Source: Octopus bimaculoides
Taxonomy: Eukaryota
Length of the DNA stretch: 64,000 nt
Assembly: GCF_001194135.2 (NCBI RefSeq)
Contig: NC_068995.1
Coordinates: 1,422,026-1,486,025 of the forward strand
Reading direction: 5' to 3'
Within the stretch, counting starts at the first letter, position 1. Each line of letters starts with the position of its first letter. Made by a program: the position numbers and the translations under genes. Below are positions 49,863 through 62,450 of the stretch, in pieces. The notes under the pieces are model-generated. The model was not told the DNA's origin, did not search any database, and saw only the letters and a program-made list of their open reading frames with translations.

Positions 49863-50545
49863 AGCTAGAGCATCTCTCCACCACCACCATACCAACTACA
49901 TCATACCGCCACCACAAAAATATGTCTACCACAAATAACAGCATTTTCAAGAAGGAACAAATGAAAATGTCTGTAGGCTGTAGGTGTGTTTGTGTGTACG
50001 TGTTGGTTTGAATGTGCGTGTGTGTGTACATAACTATATATATTTATATTACATACATATATATTAGGTATTCATGTGTGTGTGTGTGTGTGTGTATGTA
50101 TATATATCATGAATATATTATATATGTGTATACGTGTGTGCATGTTTGTGTATGTATCTCGTGTATCAACCATGTATATGCGTTTGTGTGTCACATNNNN
50201 NNNNNNNNNNNNNNNNNNNNNNNNNNNNNNNNNNNNNNNNNNNNNNNNNNNNNNNNNNNNNNNNNNNNNNNNNNNNNNNNNNNNNNNNNNNNNNNNNNNN
50301 NNNNNNNNNNNNNNNNNNNNNNNNNNNNNNNNNNNNNNNNNNNNNNNNNNNNNNNNNNNNNNNNNNNNNNNNNNNNNNNNNNNNNNNNNNNNNNNNNNNN
50401 NNNNNNNNNNNNNNNNNNNNNNNNNNNNNNNNNNNNNNNNNNNNNNNNNNNNNNNNNNNNNNNNNNNNNNNNNNNNNNNNNNNNNNNNNNNNNNNNNNNN
50501 NNNNNNNNNNNNNNNNNNNNNNNNNNNNNNNNNNNNNNNNNNNNN

Positions 50546-50577
<32 letters not shown>

Positions 50578-51419
50578 CTACATATATGTAAAATCCAGGT
50601 TTGATAGGTTCCAGGCACAAAACCTCAGTCCGTGAGTCCCTTGTGTAACTTTTCTGCCGTTTCATAAATCGAACACACAGACACAGCCATGTTGACATAC
50701 ATGTTCCTACTTAAACTGATTGGTGGACTGTGGCCTGGTTTTGAATCACAATGATCTTGTATCTGGTGGATTGCATAACCAGAGAGACTGTAGGCTGAGA
50801 CAAGAAGTGTTCTGACCACAGACACAACCAATCCCCCAGCAGGTGACCTCTATGTAGGGCACATGGGGACGTCCAGTAAGATACAACATCTCCCTTAACA
50901 ATATTCCAGAGAAAACAGTTGAGTTGAAGAAATCAGGGTAATGTGAGACTCACTCCTTGACTTCCGTGTCCTGTTATTCCGGGCAGTGTACTCCACTTCC
51001 AGCATGGTGCCTATTTACATCCCAGGTGGACTGAGCTGTTGAACCCAGCAAAGTGCTGATAGCAAGCTATAGGTTGAAAAAATGATGTCAACTGAATGTT
51101 GAGCTATTTCTAGCAGCTTAGTGGCATTGGCTGTCTTTGATCCTTTTAGAGGTTGATAAATAAAGTACCCGGGTGGATAGATAAAATTGTTAAAGTGTAG
51201 ATGGAGAGGAAAGGAAGGAGAATGATAGACCAAGAGATTGTGGGTGGGGTGTGTGGGTAATGGTTGCAAGAGTGGGAGGGCACAAAGTCAGCAAAATTTT
51301 AGAGGGTTACAAAGTGGTAATGCCTTAAAAAATTTATTCTTCTGTCACCTTATTTGTACTCTAACCTCTCACCTGACTCACAGCCACTTCCCTTGGTTCC
51401 TTCTCTCAGCTGAGAGGTC

Positions 51420-51620
51420 TTTCTCTTGCAAGCTACTTGGCAGCCCTTCGGGTGCCATGTAAAAAGCACCCAGTATACCCCGTAAAGTGGTTGGCATTAG
51501 AAAGGGCATCTAACAGTAGAAACTATGCCAAAACATTTGGCACCTGGTGTAACTCTCTGGCTTGCCAGTTCCTGTCAAACCGTCCAACCGATGCCAGCAT
51601 GGAAAACGGATGATGATGAT
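51420..51620 (+). mobile_element. Family B retroposon
   Basis: GGTGCCATGTAAAAAGCACCCAG...GTGGTTGGCATTAGAAAGGGCATC...GTCAAACCGTCCAACCGATGCCAGCATGGAAAACGGATGATGAT. Confidence 0.9.
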
Positions 51621-52229
51621 TTATCAACCTTGAAAGGATGAAAGCCAAGGTTGACCTTGGCAGGATTTGAACTCAGAAGATAAAGAGTCAGAACAAATGC
51701 CACAAAACATTTTTCTGATTCTTTAATGGTTCTGCCAATCTCCTAAACCATATTCTTGGATACCTTTATCTAACGAGCAATAAATTATACTCTACTCTTG
51801 ACAGGTAACATTTCTTGAATAAGCACTGAAATATCTTTCAAGAATTTATGGAAATCATTGTTTTGAAAATACAAAAGCCAAGTTAATCTGGCTGTAAATG
51901 TGTCAATGAAATCGTTCCAACATCAAGAGATCTTGCTATAGTTTGTTGGGGCCACAATCAATATTGGCGTTGAATGTAAACATTCACCAAGATTCTTCAT
52001 GGAAGGATACATTGGACAATGTGGCCTGCTTTAAGCAAAATCATGAGATGGTCACAGTTGGAATGGTATCAATCATAGGTTTTGGAATAAGGCTGACCGA
52101 GGGCTAAACAATATGCAACTGTTATAGTTAAGACCAAGTTTGTGATTACATGTAACAACCATTCTAGCTCAGTGTCATATATTTAATACTTAGGTTTGTG
52201 GTACTGCATGTTATGACTGACTAGTCTGG

Positions 52230-52490
52230 CGTCTATCATCTTACAATCAACACTTTACAGTTAGCATCAAATCTTTGGACAATGACCATCATAATATTGG
52301 TCATGTCACAGTTAGTACCTAGTTTTGTGACATGACTATCCCAGTATTTGTCTTGTCACAGTTAATTTTATATTTCATGATTGTGTCATGACTGACAAGC
52401 TAGTGTCTTATGTTACAGTTTGTGCCTATGATACATCAACCCTAGTGTCTCGTGCCACACAATGTCTAGTTTCTGTGACAGTGTGTGACA
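52230..52490. repeat. Degenerate ~50-bp tandem array of palindromic units
   Basis: ACAGTT core at 52257, 52308, 52358 and 52415 (spacing 51, 50, 57); units contain TGTCACA...TGTGACA-type inverted repeats. Confidence 0.6.
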
Positions 52491-53505
52491 GACCGACGAA
52501 CCTGCCAAAGCCAGCAGTCTCGCTTGTCTTCATCAGTCACGTTATTATTTTGAGGGGAAGTCTTCCGTTACACTGTTTCACAAACAAGTGTCGAATTTAT
52601 GTGAAACACAACCGCCCATATGTCGCATACGTTTAGCTATTAAGTGGCGTAATTTTGCTCACGGAGATAATTAGCAAAAGAAGTGGATTTGGTAAATAAT
52701 AATAAACTTTCAGCAGTCTGCAATTGTTGTCAGCTGGAATATCTGGGACATTATCGCAGTCATTGACAGAATTATAAATATACAAACACAAAAAAAGAAA
52801 AAAAAGGGGGGGGGAGAAAACTTTTCTGGTTAACGATCTGATTTTGTTTTTTGTTTTATTATTTGTTTGGTTTTTGTATCTACTCCTGTTTAGAGTGGAA
52901 TAAACTCTATAGAACACAAGAGTTTAGTCATGAATCTTTATTCTTATCTTTGTACTCACATATACTCAACTATGAAGCTGCTAGCAGAAAGATAATGAAG
53001 CTATATTAGTAATTTGTAATCTAATATTGTGCATAATTCTGTGGTTTCCGAGCCGAAATAGCAGTGGCGATGAAGGTGGTGGTGGTGGAGGTGGTGGTGG
53101 TGGAGGTGGTGNNNNNNNNNNNNNNNNNNNNNNNNNNNNNNNNNNNNNNNNNNNNNNNNNNNNNNNNNNNNNNNNNNNNNNNNNNNNNNNNNNNNNNNNN
53201 NNNNNNNNNNNNNNNNNNNNNNNNNNNNNNNNNNNNNNNNNNNNNNNNNNNNNNNNNNNNNNNNNNNNNNNNNNNNNNNNNNNNNNNNNNNNNNNNNNNN
53301 NNNNNNNNNNNNNNNNNNNNNNNNNNNNNNNNNNNNNNNNNNNNNNNNNNNNNNNNNNNNNNNNNNNNNNNNNNNNNNNNNNNNNNNNNNNNNNNNNNNN
53401 NNNNNNNNNNNNNNNNNNNNNNNNNNNNNNNNNNNNNNNNNNNNNNNNNNNNNNNNNNNNNNNNNNNNNNNNNNNNNNNNNNNNNNNNNNNNNNNNNNNN
53501 NNNNA

Positions 53506-53539
<34 letters not shown>

Positions 53540-54119
53540 CGGATGTATATATGCATGTGTGTATAAATACGTGTGTGTGTGTGTGTGTAGCAAATTTGGG
53601 TAGCTTAGTAGTAAGAGAAAGGGGTGAAATACAATGAAGCTATATTGAGCTTTCACTGGGAATATCTGGTTAGGTTTCTACTAAATTGGAGGTATAATGT
53701 GGTACGGGTGGTCGTGGCTGTGGTGGTGGTCATGGAGGGAGTGGTATTGCTGTACAGAGAGTTATTGTGCTGATGGCTGTTGTGGTGATTGTAGAGGTGG
53801 TGTAGGAAGATGGGATGGTAATGTGAAAGTTTGTTGGTTGTTGTTGTGGCAGTGGTGCTGTTGTACAGGTGATTATCGGGGGGGGGGGCATAATGTCATG
53901 GTAGTAGTTGGTGTTGTGGTCGTGGTGATTGTAGTAGTTTTGTTATGGTGGTGGTGGTATTGTAAAGATCGTGGTGGTGTTGGTTATGAAAGGAATTGGT
54001 AAAGTAATTGTTGCTATTGGCAGACATAGCTAACCCCATCCAAGATGTAACTCAAGGACCTACAATATCTTAAGCAATATGGTTCAGTCTTTGACCAAAA
54101 TTCACCAGTGAGTCCACCA

Positions 54120-54250
54120 TCAGTGACGGTTAGAATAAGTACTAGGCTTACAAGGAATAAGTTACAGGGTTGATTCGTTTAACTAAAAGGCAGTGCTACA
54201 GCTTGGCCACAGTTAAATGAATGAAACAAGTAAAAGAATAAAAGAATATA
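54120..54250 (+). mobile_element. SINE family A, 3' part
   Basis: TAGAATAAGTACTAGGCTTAC...GCTTGGCCACAG...TGAAACAAGTAAAAGAATAAAAGAAT. Confidence 0.8.
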
Positions 54251-54878
54251 TTTTAACAACAGGACCGCCAAGGGGGGATGGGCAGCCTGGTTGTGACCCA
54301 GACTAATGTGTCTGGTCATCACTCAGAATCCTACATATGATAGCCGTCAAGAGGGAGAGTGTAAGGAGGAAGTAAAGAGACAGAGAGAGAGTGGGTGGGG
54401 TGGCGTGGGGGCTCCCCTCTCCCCCCCCCGGAAATCATGCTAATGACAATAGTTGCACTGAACCAAGAAATAATAACACAACTGAACCTCTCCCCACTCC
54501 TCAACCCCTTTCTCTGGTTTACTTGACCCCTGTGATATTATCCCTCCTCCTGTCTGCTCCCCCTCCCTCTTTCTGCTCTACTCCTCCTATCCCTCTGCCT
54601 ATCTCCATTGTCAACCCATTCTCCCTCCTTCGCCACTACATCACTGTTGTCTCCTCTCCCTCAACCTCTCCTCTTCATCTGTCTGTCTCTTCCCCGCCCC
54701 ACACCCCTCTGCAGTCCTTGTCCTAGTCTCTGGGTTGCACCTTTATGGCTGTAATTGTGAAATAATTACCTGATCATTAGTGAATAATCATTATTTATGT
54801 TTATGTGTGTGTGTGTGTCCATGTATGCATGTATCTGTGTGTGTATATATATATATATATGCATATATACACACACAC

Positions 54879-54937
<59 letters not shown>

Positions 54938-55221
54938 CATAATATACACCATATATATACACACACGCGCACACAAATATCCAGAAACATACACAAACGT
55001 GTGTGTGTGTATACAATCTGGACTAGAGAGTAAAATAGAGAGAGAGAGAGAGAGAGAAAGAGAGGTGTGATGGAGACAGTGTGAGGTGTCAATTAGTGAA
55101 ACAAAATAGGAAGAGAGTAATTAAGCTATCGTTATTAAGGTATCGTTACACAACTGAGGTTGGGGGGGGGGGCTAAAAAAACCATTGCATCTCAATGGAA
55201 GTACAAATTAACTGTTTGGGT

Positions 55222-55253
<32 letters not shown>

Positions 55254-55394
55254 TAACTGCCTGTGTACATCTGTGCATTTGTATGTCTCTGCATGTATAT
55301 ATAAGTATATGTATATATAAATTATGCTTTACAACAGGGGCCACACAGACATAAACACACTTGCATAGAAACGTATATACATTACACATATCTA

Positions 55395-55560
55395 TTATGT
55401 GTGCTTTCCATGCTGGCATGGGTTGGACAGGAGTCAACAGGTGTTCCTCCAGTGTCTTGGTGTCGTTCCTAATGCCGACCACATTGCAAAGGTGGGTTGG
55501 GTGCAGACTTTTGTGGCACCCACACTGGTGAGGTCACCTTGCCCCTTGCAAGACTAAAGA
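55395..55560 (-). mobile_element. Family B retroposon
   Basis: GCTTTCCATGCTGGCATGGGTTGGACAGG...TTCCTAATGCCGACCAC. Confidence 0.75.
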
Positions 55561-55789
55561 AGTATCATGTCACACAGGGAGAAGAAGAGAAAGGGTGGTG
55601 ACTTTGGGTGGAGTGCTGAATGACTGGAGGAACAGGTTTAGGGGTTGGCAGAGGGTGTTGGAGGAGAAACTAACAGGGTCAGTGTTAGGGAAAAGAGTAA
55701 TGCAAGAGAAAGAGTTGTGGTGACAGGGGTTATTAGTAAGGGAGAGTCAGGGAGTAATAAGAGGAAAAAGATGTGGGTTGAGTATACCT

Positions 55790-55930
55790 AGGCACAGGAG
55801 TGGCTGTGTGGTAAGAAATTTGCTTCCCAACCACATGGTTCTAGGTTCAGTCCCACTGCATGGTATCTTGGATAAATGTCTTCTGCCATAGTCCTGGGCC
55901 AACCAAAGCCCCGTGAGTAGATTTAGCAAA
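55790..55930 (+). mobile_element. SINE family A, 5' half
   Basis: GGAGTGGCTGTGTGGTAAGAAATTTGCTTCCCAACCACATGGTTCTAGGTTCAGTCCCACTGC. Confidence 0.85.
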
Positions 55931-56039
55931 CAAAAAGAAGACACACACATGCATACATACAGACGTGTGTGTATGTGTGTCTCTTTGTCTTGACATCATG
56001 TAACATACAACTCATGCAAGCATAGAAAAGGGACATTAA

Positions 56040-56088
<49 letters not shown>

Positions 56089-56431
56089 GGTGAACAAATA
56101 ACAAAAAGTTGAACTCAACACATTAAGTTGGATTTGTAAATATTTAAAAACAAGTCAATTCAGCTCCACATTACTCAAAGTTTCATAGGCACAGAATGTG
56201 TCCACCCCCTCAGATGTACAAAGCCTATACATCTAAGGATCAGTCACATCTGCAAACAAACAAATACCCCTCCTTTCAGTTGAGGACACACATAGCATCA
56301 AACATAACAGCTACATAATACACATACTCACGTATACACACGCACATATATAACTACACATACACACACACAAGTCTAGACATAAACAGTGTTGAAATGC
56401 ACACACAACGAATGCACACACACAACTTCAT

Positions 56432-56476
<45 letters not shown>

Positions 56477-57050
56477 TACATACACATCTACACAACCACA
56501 CATAATTCCATACACAAGCTTTTTAAATCTGTGTATACACATTATACATACAGCTCTACAGATTACACACACATATATAAACTGCTACATCTAGATATAC
56601 CTCTGCATACATAACTGCACACACACACACACACAGCATTCAAATCCACACAGAATAATAAATCAAATGTCATTAGAGAGAGAAAGAGATTGGAATGGAC
56701 CATTTCATTAAGTGCAGCGGTACCTCTGCAAGCAGGAATTCTACCATTATCTACAGATTTCTACAACTGAAGTGGTTCTAACAGACTTTTGATGAGATTT
56801 TAATGAAAGAATATGAAACCATATCATTACTTGATGCTTTGTGAAACAGACCGAAATATTCCTAGAATTACTTTCAAAATTTTAACTACCAAATGGTTAC
56901 ACTACACATGTTGTTGTTGTTGTTGCTGCTGTTTAACCCCAGATCAGTCCTCATTGAGCAGCCTTAAGATCAAAGACATTTTAGCAGTGAACATCCTGTC
57001 TTTTTTCCCAAATACAGGGAGTCCGTGGCTGCATTACCAAAAGTGTCCTT

Positions 57051-57275
57051 TTATCCTTTGGCATTGAAACTGGCCATATCCGGCTCGGTTATTTCTATTT
57101 TGTTTTATGCTCAAAGCAGCCAGATCTGGCTTTTCATATCTATCCTACAATGCCATTCTAAAAATAAGCAACCACATCATCAATGCCTTAAAGTTACAAA
57201 ATAATGCATGATGAATTCAAAACAAAGTGAATAAGTATGACATCTGACAGAGAAATCTGTATGCTAAAGGGTTAA
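57051..57275. mobile_element. piggyBac-type MITE (TTAA-flanked)
   Basis: Right end ATGCTAAAGGG|TTAA (57261-57275); left end TTAT|CCTTTGGCAT is a decayed inverse. CCC/GGG termini with TTAA are typical of piggyBac-derived MITEs. Confidence 0.5.
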
Positions 57276-57494
57276 GGTGGTAGGCTGTGATTTGACAGTC
57301 ATTTGGCTGCTATCTTTAGCAAGTTGAACAACTATGGAGAGCAGTGATTCTTAGCTCCTTGTAGCTTAATGTCCCCTTTTCCTCAAATGCCCCTCCCCTC
57401 CTTTACATGTTTAGCAAAATAAATAAATAAATAAACAGCAGATCATTGGAATCAAACTAAAGCTAGCTTTGCCCTTATTCCTTTATTTTCTTGT

Positions 57495-57635
57495 GGTTGT
57501 GTGGTTGAGAAGCTTGCTTCTGGACCATGTGGTTTTGGGTTCAGTCCCACTGTGCAGCACCTTAGGCAGGCATCCCTGGGCTCACCAATGCTTTGTGAGT
57601 AGAACTAGTAGACAGAAACTGAAAATAACTCCATT
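57495..57635 (+). mobile_element. SINE family A, 5' half
   Basis: GTGTGGTTGAGAAGCTTGCTTC...GGGTTCAGTCCCACTGTGCAGCACCTTAGGCAG. Confidence 0.8.
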
Positions 57636-57658
57636 GTGTGTGTGTGTGTGTGTGTCTA

Positions 57659-57689
<31 letters not shown>

Positions 57690-58029
57690 GGAACCTGGTG
57701 CAGCTCTTTGGTTTGCCAGTTCCTGGTAAACTGTCCCACCCATGGAAAACAGACATTAAATGATGATGATGATATATACACATATACAAACACACACGAC
57801 AGGTTTCTTTAAGCAGAAACAGCTGTAAGCTAATGAAAGTGATTGCATAATTTATTGGTATTACACACCAAGGGCCATATAAGATTTTTTCATTCATATT
57901 TATGAGCAAAAATTTGATTATATTTCTACAATGCACCAAATATTTAAACATTTTTTTTTTTACACAATTCCTAATAATATTTATTTATAAATATATAATA
58001 GAACTTTTTGTAAGGGTCCAGCAGGATAC

Positions 58030-58470
58030 AATAGGAACCAAAGGGGTCCACAGGCAAAAAATGGTTGAGGACCCCTTACATTACGAATTCATTGACCTGG
58101 AGAAGGTTTTTGTCAGGGTACCTTACTCTGTAGTCTGGTGATCACTAGGAAAACAAAAGATAAATGGTTTGTGAAAAATGTGGAAGCCATTTACAGAGAT
58201 GCCATCAGGAAGGAATTCAACAAAGAATTTAACAGGGAAATGGTTGTCCATCAAGAGTCAGGTTTTGGCTCTCAATTATTATCTCTTCTAGCTCTTCAGG
58301 CCATTATAACAGCAGAGTTTAAGACCAAACTATCCACGGAAAATTCTATATGTTGGTCATCAAACTCTTTGGACAATTGTTTTATGATAACCCAAGTGCT
58401 GGGAGTGAAACTGAATTGATAGAAACTAGATGGAAGCATGTTGAATGGATTTTAACTGTAATTCAGAAGA
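58030..58470 (+). mobile_element. RTE-clade LINE RT core remnant
   Basis: FIDLEKVFVRVPYSVVW* (cf. FVDLEKAFDRVPRxVIWW); KWFVKNVEAIYRDA; VVHQES...SQLL (cf. VGVHQGSxLSPLLF); LQAIITAEFKT; frameshifted PRKILYVG (cf. PWELLYADD). Confidence 0.85.
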
Positions 58471-58872
58471 TTGACCTCCTCAGAGCCAAACTTTAAGAAG
58501 CATATCAAAGTACATGGGTATCTATGGAATATTCATCCACTTGTATGCTAAGCCAATCTGTTGGCACTGAAGTTGATCAGACAGCTGGAAAACTCATTAT
58601 AAAAACTGACGGAGATCCCTGGAGATCCATTCACACACACATACACACAAATACATACATGTTCACATACATACATATATTACATACATATACATGGATA
58701 TATATATATGCATATATTACATACATATACATGGATATATATATATATATATATGCATATACATGCACACATGTATGAAAGCATTTATCTGTATGTATGT
58801 TAATATATATATATATGATGATATATATATATATATATATATATAACATACATACAGATATATATGTATATG

Positions 58873-58913
<41 letters not shown>

Positions 58914-59241
58914 TTATACACACAGATTTAAAAAGAAATGCTGGGCTGTGTGTTGTGTGTGTGATGTGAGAGTGGTAAATGGAGCCAAGCTGGTGGACCA
59001 GTCTGGTATATCAACCCTGCTCCCCACCCGCCATCCTAGTGGTACACACCGCTGTGTAAGAACGCCAGTACATTGGCAGAAGACTATCAGTTTTCATGGC
59101 TGGCTTCAGGTTACACCATAGAATCTTCAGAGCATAGACTTGCCAGAGAAGGACAAAGAGATAGAGACACATGGACCGAGAAATAAATAGAGGCACACAC
59201 AAACACATATCCATACATGTATATATACGTATGTGTATATG

Positions 59242-59287
<46 letters not shown>

Positions 59288-60059
59288 TATGTGTGTCTAT
59301 ATGTGAGTGTGTGTGTTTGTATATACACACAAATATATATCCCAGCTCTGAAGACGGACATTAAATGATGGTTGTTTCTCTAGCATAGACATAAATGCAT
59401 GTATACACACACGCACATACCCACCCACACATACACACACATTGTGAGAGAAAGAGAGAGAGGCAGAGTTAAACGCTTTGTGGTGATGGTGGTGGTAGTG
59501 GAATGGATTGAACAGAATTCATTATGAAGTGGGGAGAAAGGGAGGTGATGGTGGTGGTGGTGGTGGTGGTGGGATAAATAAGAGGATCCAGTTTTATGAA
59601 GGAGTAAATCTTTTTAAGGTATTATGTGTCATTTGTTTTGTTGCAGGTTCAAATCTCTGCCTGGTGTAGGTGGTTGGTGGGGCAGGGAATACAGAATCGA
59701 ACGAAGCTTCCAGTAATACATCAAGATCATTTCTGTGATCAATAATATAAGATACCCCCACCCCAAGAGAAATTTGGTAAGATGGAACTAAACAACTTCC
59801 AGACCCATGGATCCTCTCAAAATTGAAGAGTGCTGAGCTTTTGGCGAAGGCAAGAGCAGTTGTGTTGAGAAGGGACCAGTAGATAGTCATGGGTCCTCTT
59901 TGGCTCCCCAAATCCTGGAACTGGCTAAACCCCTTCTCATAGGCCCCCGGTACTATTCATATCTAGGGAGGTCACTTCTATTATATCCATTGTTAAATAT
60001 TAAATATTGACTTGAGAATTACATACCCTTCATATGTACTCTCCAAACAAACCTAGATC

Positions 60060-60420
60060 ACATCCAGAAGAGGGCTACCTGACTGATTGATTGAATGTCT
60101 CCCCCAGACATGCCCCAGCCCCTGGCCCTCAACTGCACTGTCTCCTCTTTCTGCTTCGTTAACCACCACTGTAATGAACCCTACTCCTTAGAGCTTGCCA
60201 GGTTCATGTCATCTCAACTCAGACCCTCCCATCCAACACATTTCTCCTCCCCTCATCCCACTTGTGTCTGCCCTCCACCTCCTCCACATACCACAGGGTC
60301 TCTTACACTAATCCCTAAGCCCGGCCTTTCTTCTCATGAACACCATCCCACTGCAATTTCTTCCCTGTTTTCACTTACAAAAGCTCAAGTCAACCATTAA
60401 TGGCTTCAGTCTTACCAGTG
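60060..60420 (+). mobile_element. CR1/L2/Jockey-group LINE C-terminal remnant
   Basis: IQKRAT*LID and QPLALNCTVSSFCFVNHHCNEPYSLELARFM (cf. IQxRAxRLI...QPLxxRRxVxSLxLFYRYxNGxCSxEL). Confidence 0.7.
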
Positions 60421-61376
60421 GTCAAGAGGGGTGACCAACAAAAGACCAGAATGCTGCTTCTTTCTCCAGAACACAGCAAGTAAAAACAAAAATATATAAA
60501 TAAACAAACAACTGACCTGGTCCCTAGTTAAAAAGGGGTCTCTTCATTATCAGGAGAAAGAATAAAAGGTTGGAGACGGCCAAAACATTAAAGTACCAAA
60601 GTACCACATATTTCCCTCCACTACCCTCAGAGCCCCCNNNNNNNNNNNNNNNNNNNNNNNNNNNNNNNNNNNNNNNNNNNNNNNNNNNNNNNNNNNNNNN
60701 NNNNNNNNNNNNNNNNNNNNNNNNNNNNNNNNNNNNNNNNNNNNNNNNNNNNNNNNNNNNNNNNNNNNNNNNNNNNNNNNNNNNNNNNNNNNNNNNNNNN
60801 NNNNNNNNNNNNNNNNNNNNNNNNNNNNNNNNNNNNNNNNNNNNNNNNNNNNNNNNNNNNNGAATTAGCAGCCAAACACCCTCAAATCACATTGTACTCT
60901 CTTAGAAAATGTCTCATACATTTTCCTTTAGTTTATTTCTCTAAGTGTCAAACTGTTCAGTAAAAGTTACAAGACGACCATACAAAGGGCTTCTATACAG
61001 TTTCTGTTTACAAAATTCCATTCCCATTTTTATTGTCTGATGTAGAAGACAATTGGCTTAATGGCTTCCTTTGATATTTTCCTTCAGTCATATTTATTAA
61101 TATTCATAACACACGCACACACACACACAGATAGACGTTCGTAAACAGTTGGAAATTATCTTGTGTACAAAGCAAAACTCGTAATTTCTTCGAATGTGTG
61201 CATGCTTTGAGCATCAAAGACTCACAGATTACGATTCTGAAAGAAAAAAAGGAAAGGTGTGTGTGTGTGGAGGGGGATGGTTTTGGTCTCCACCCGTTTC
61301 GGTAATTTCCTTTTCTTTTAGTTTTGATATTTTTCGAAATATTTTTTCTTTTAACCAGATTTGTTTTAAAAAGCTA

Positions 61377-61379
<3 letters not shown>

Positions 61380-61429
<50 letters not shown>

Positions 61430-61520
61430 TGTGACAAAAGTGCTGAAGTTGATCTGTCCGACTTAAACCCTTCAAATTAGTGCCCCAGCGTGGCCACAAT
61501 CCAATGAGTGAAACAAGTAA
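61380..61520 (+). mobile_element. 48-nt poly(A) within a SINE family A 3' fragment
   Basis: The A-run 61380-61427 is followed by GACTTAAACCCTT...GTGCCCCAGCGTGGCCACAATCCAATGAGTGAAACAAGTAA (family A 3' end). Confidence 0.7.
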
Positions 61521-61924
61521 CAGATAGAAAAATACTTTTGAAGAATCATAATTCCAGATATTTAAGATATAAATCTGGAAAAAGAATGCGAAATAGTTTC
61601 AAAGCTGAAAAATTAGGGAATAGTGTTGGGTGAATTGGGACAGTGGGTAGGACAGAAATCTGCCCCCAACAAGGTTATGCAAGGGTGGAGAAGGGGTACC
61701 GGCTTCACGGGTTTGGTCACTCGTAATGATCTCACTCGGGTACATTTATTATCAACACACGTTATATAAAGTTGTGGTTAGCTCTGAAGTTATTCCTCGT
61801 TTCCATGGGGTACTTGGACATCCCGACCCCCCTCACCGCCTCTACAGGGGATGCCAAACCATCGTGGGATTAAACCTCGGCACCGCCACTGCTGTAGCTG
61901 GGAATAATTTTTTAAACCGTTAAT

Positions 61925-62045
61925 CTAAAGCAATGTAAGATGAAGCACCTTACTCAAAGACCCAATGCAACGTCCGACCCGAGAATCGAACCTACAACAT
62001 AACAATCGTGAGACTAACACCAAAACCACTTAATCATGCACACAC
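61925..62045 (-). mobile_element. SINE family C head fragment
   Basis: Reverse complement has GGTTCGATTCTCGGG (B box) and GGTCTTTGAGTAAGGTGCTT core. Confidence 0.65.
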
Positions 62046-62360
62046 ATATTTATATACATACACACACACACATATATATATATACATACATATACACATT
62101 ATATGCATATATACACAACACAATATATATTACACACACACACATATATATATGTATATGATTTCTCTCTTATGGTTTGTCACTTGACTTTATAAGTTGT
62201 GATGGTCATATCAAGATCGTCTTCACTATCATCAGCATCATATCCTCATCTGTTCACATCTATCACCTCCACCACCGTTTTTAACCTTCGCAATTACCAC
62301 CGCAATAAAATTCTCCCCCCCCCCACACTTTTATTAATTAATCCACCGCCATACGACATA

Positions 62361-62367
62361 TCTATCC

Positions 62368-62398
<31 letters not shown>

Positions 62399-62450
62399 CA
62401 TCCATCTATCTATCTGTCTGTCTGTCTGTCTGTCTATGTATCTATCTATC
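62361..62450. repeat. Compound (TCTA)n(TCCA)(TCTG)n tetranucleotide repeat
   Basis: Directly visible. Confidence 0.95.

Noticed and set aside
16780-52490. CRISPR-like interpretation of the repeat-spacer-looking minisatellites
   Set aside because: Eukaryotic context; units are degenerate along their whole length, without identical repeats, unique spacers or cas genes.
52388-52636. 82-aa ORF over the palindromic array
   Set aside because: Starts within the degenerate repeat, shows no recognisable domain and has no convincing splice sites.
59594-59911. 105-aa minus-strand ORF and a plus-strand acceptor at ~59647
   Set aside because: No recognisable homology; plus-strand frames close quickly and no good donor was found.
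61380-61427. 48-nt poly(A) as the tail of a processed pseudogene
   Set aside because: It is followed by the SINE A 3' end and no upstream ORF exists; an expanded internal A-linker.
4777-62045. tRNA genes at A-box/B-box motifs
   Set aside because: The boxes belong to multicopy SINE heads that continue into non-tRNA bodies; I could not fold a complete cloverleaf.
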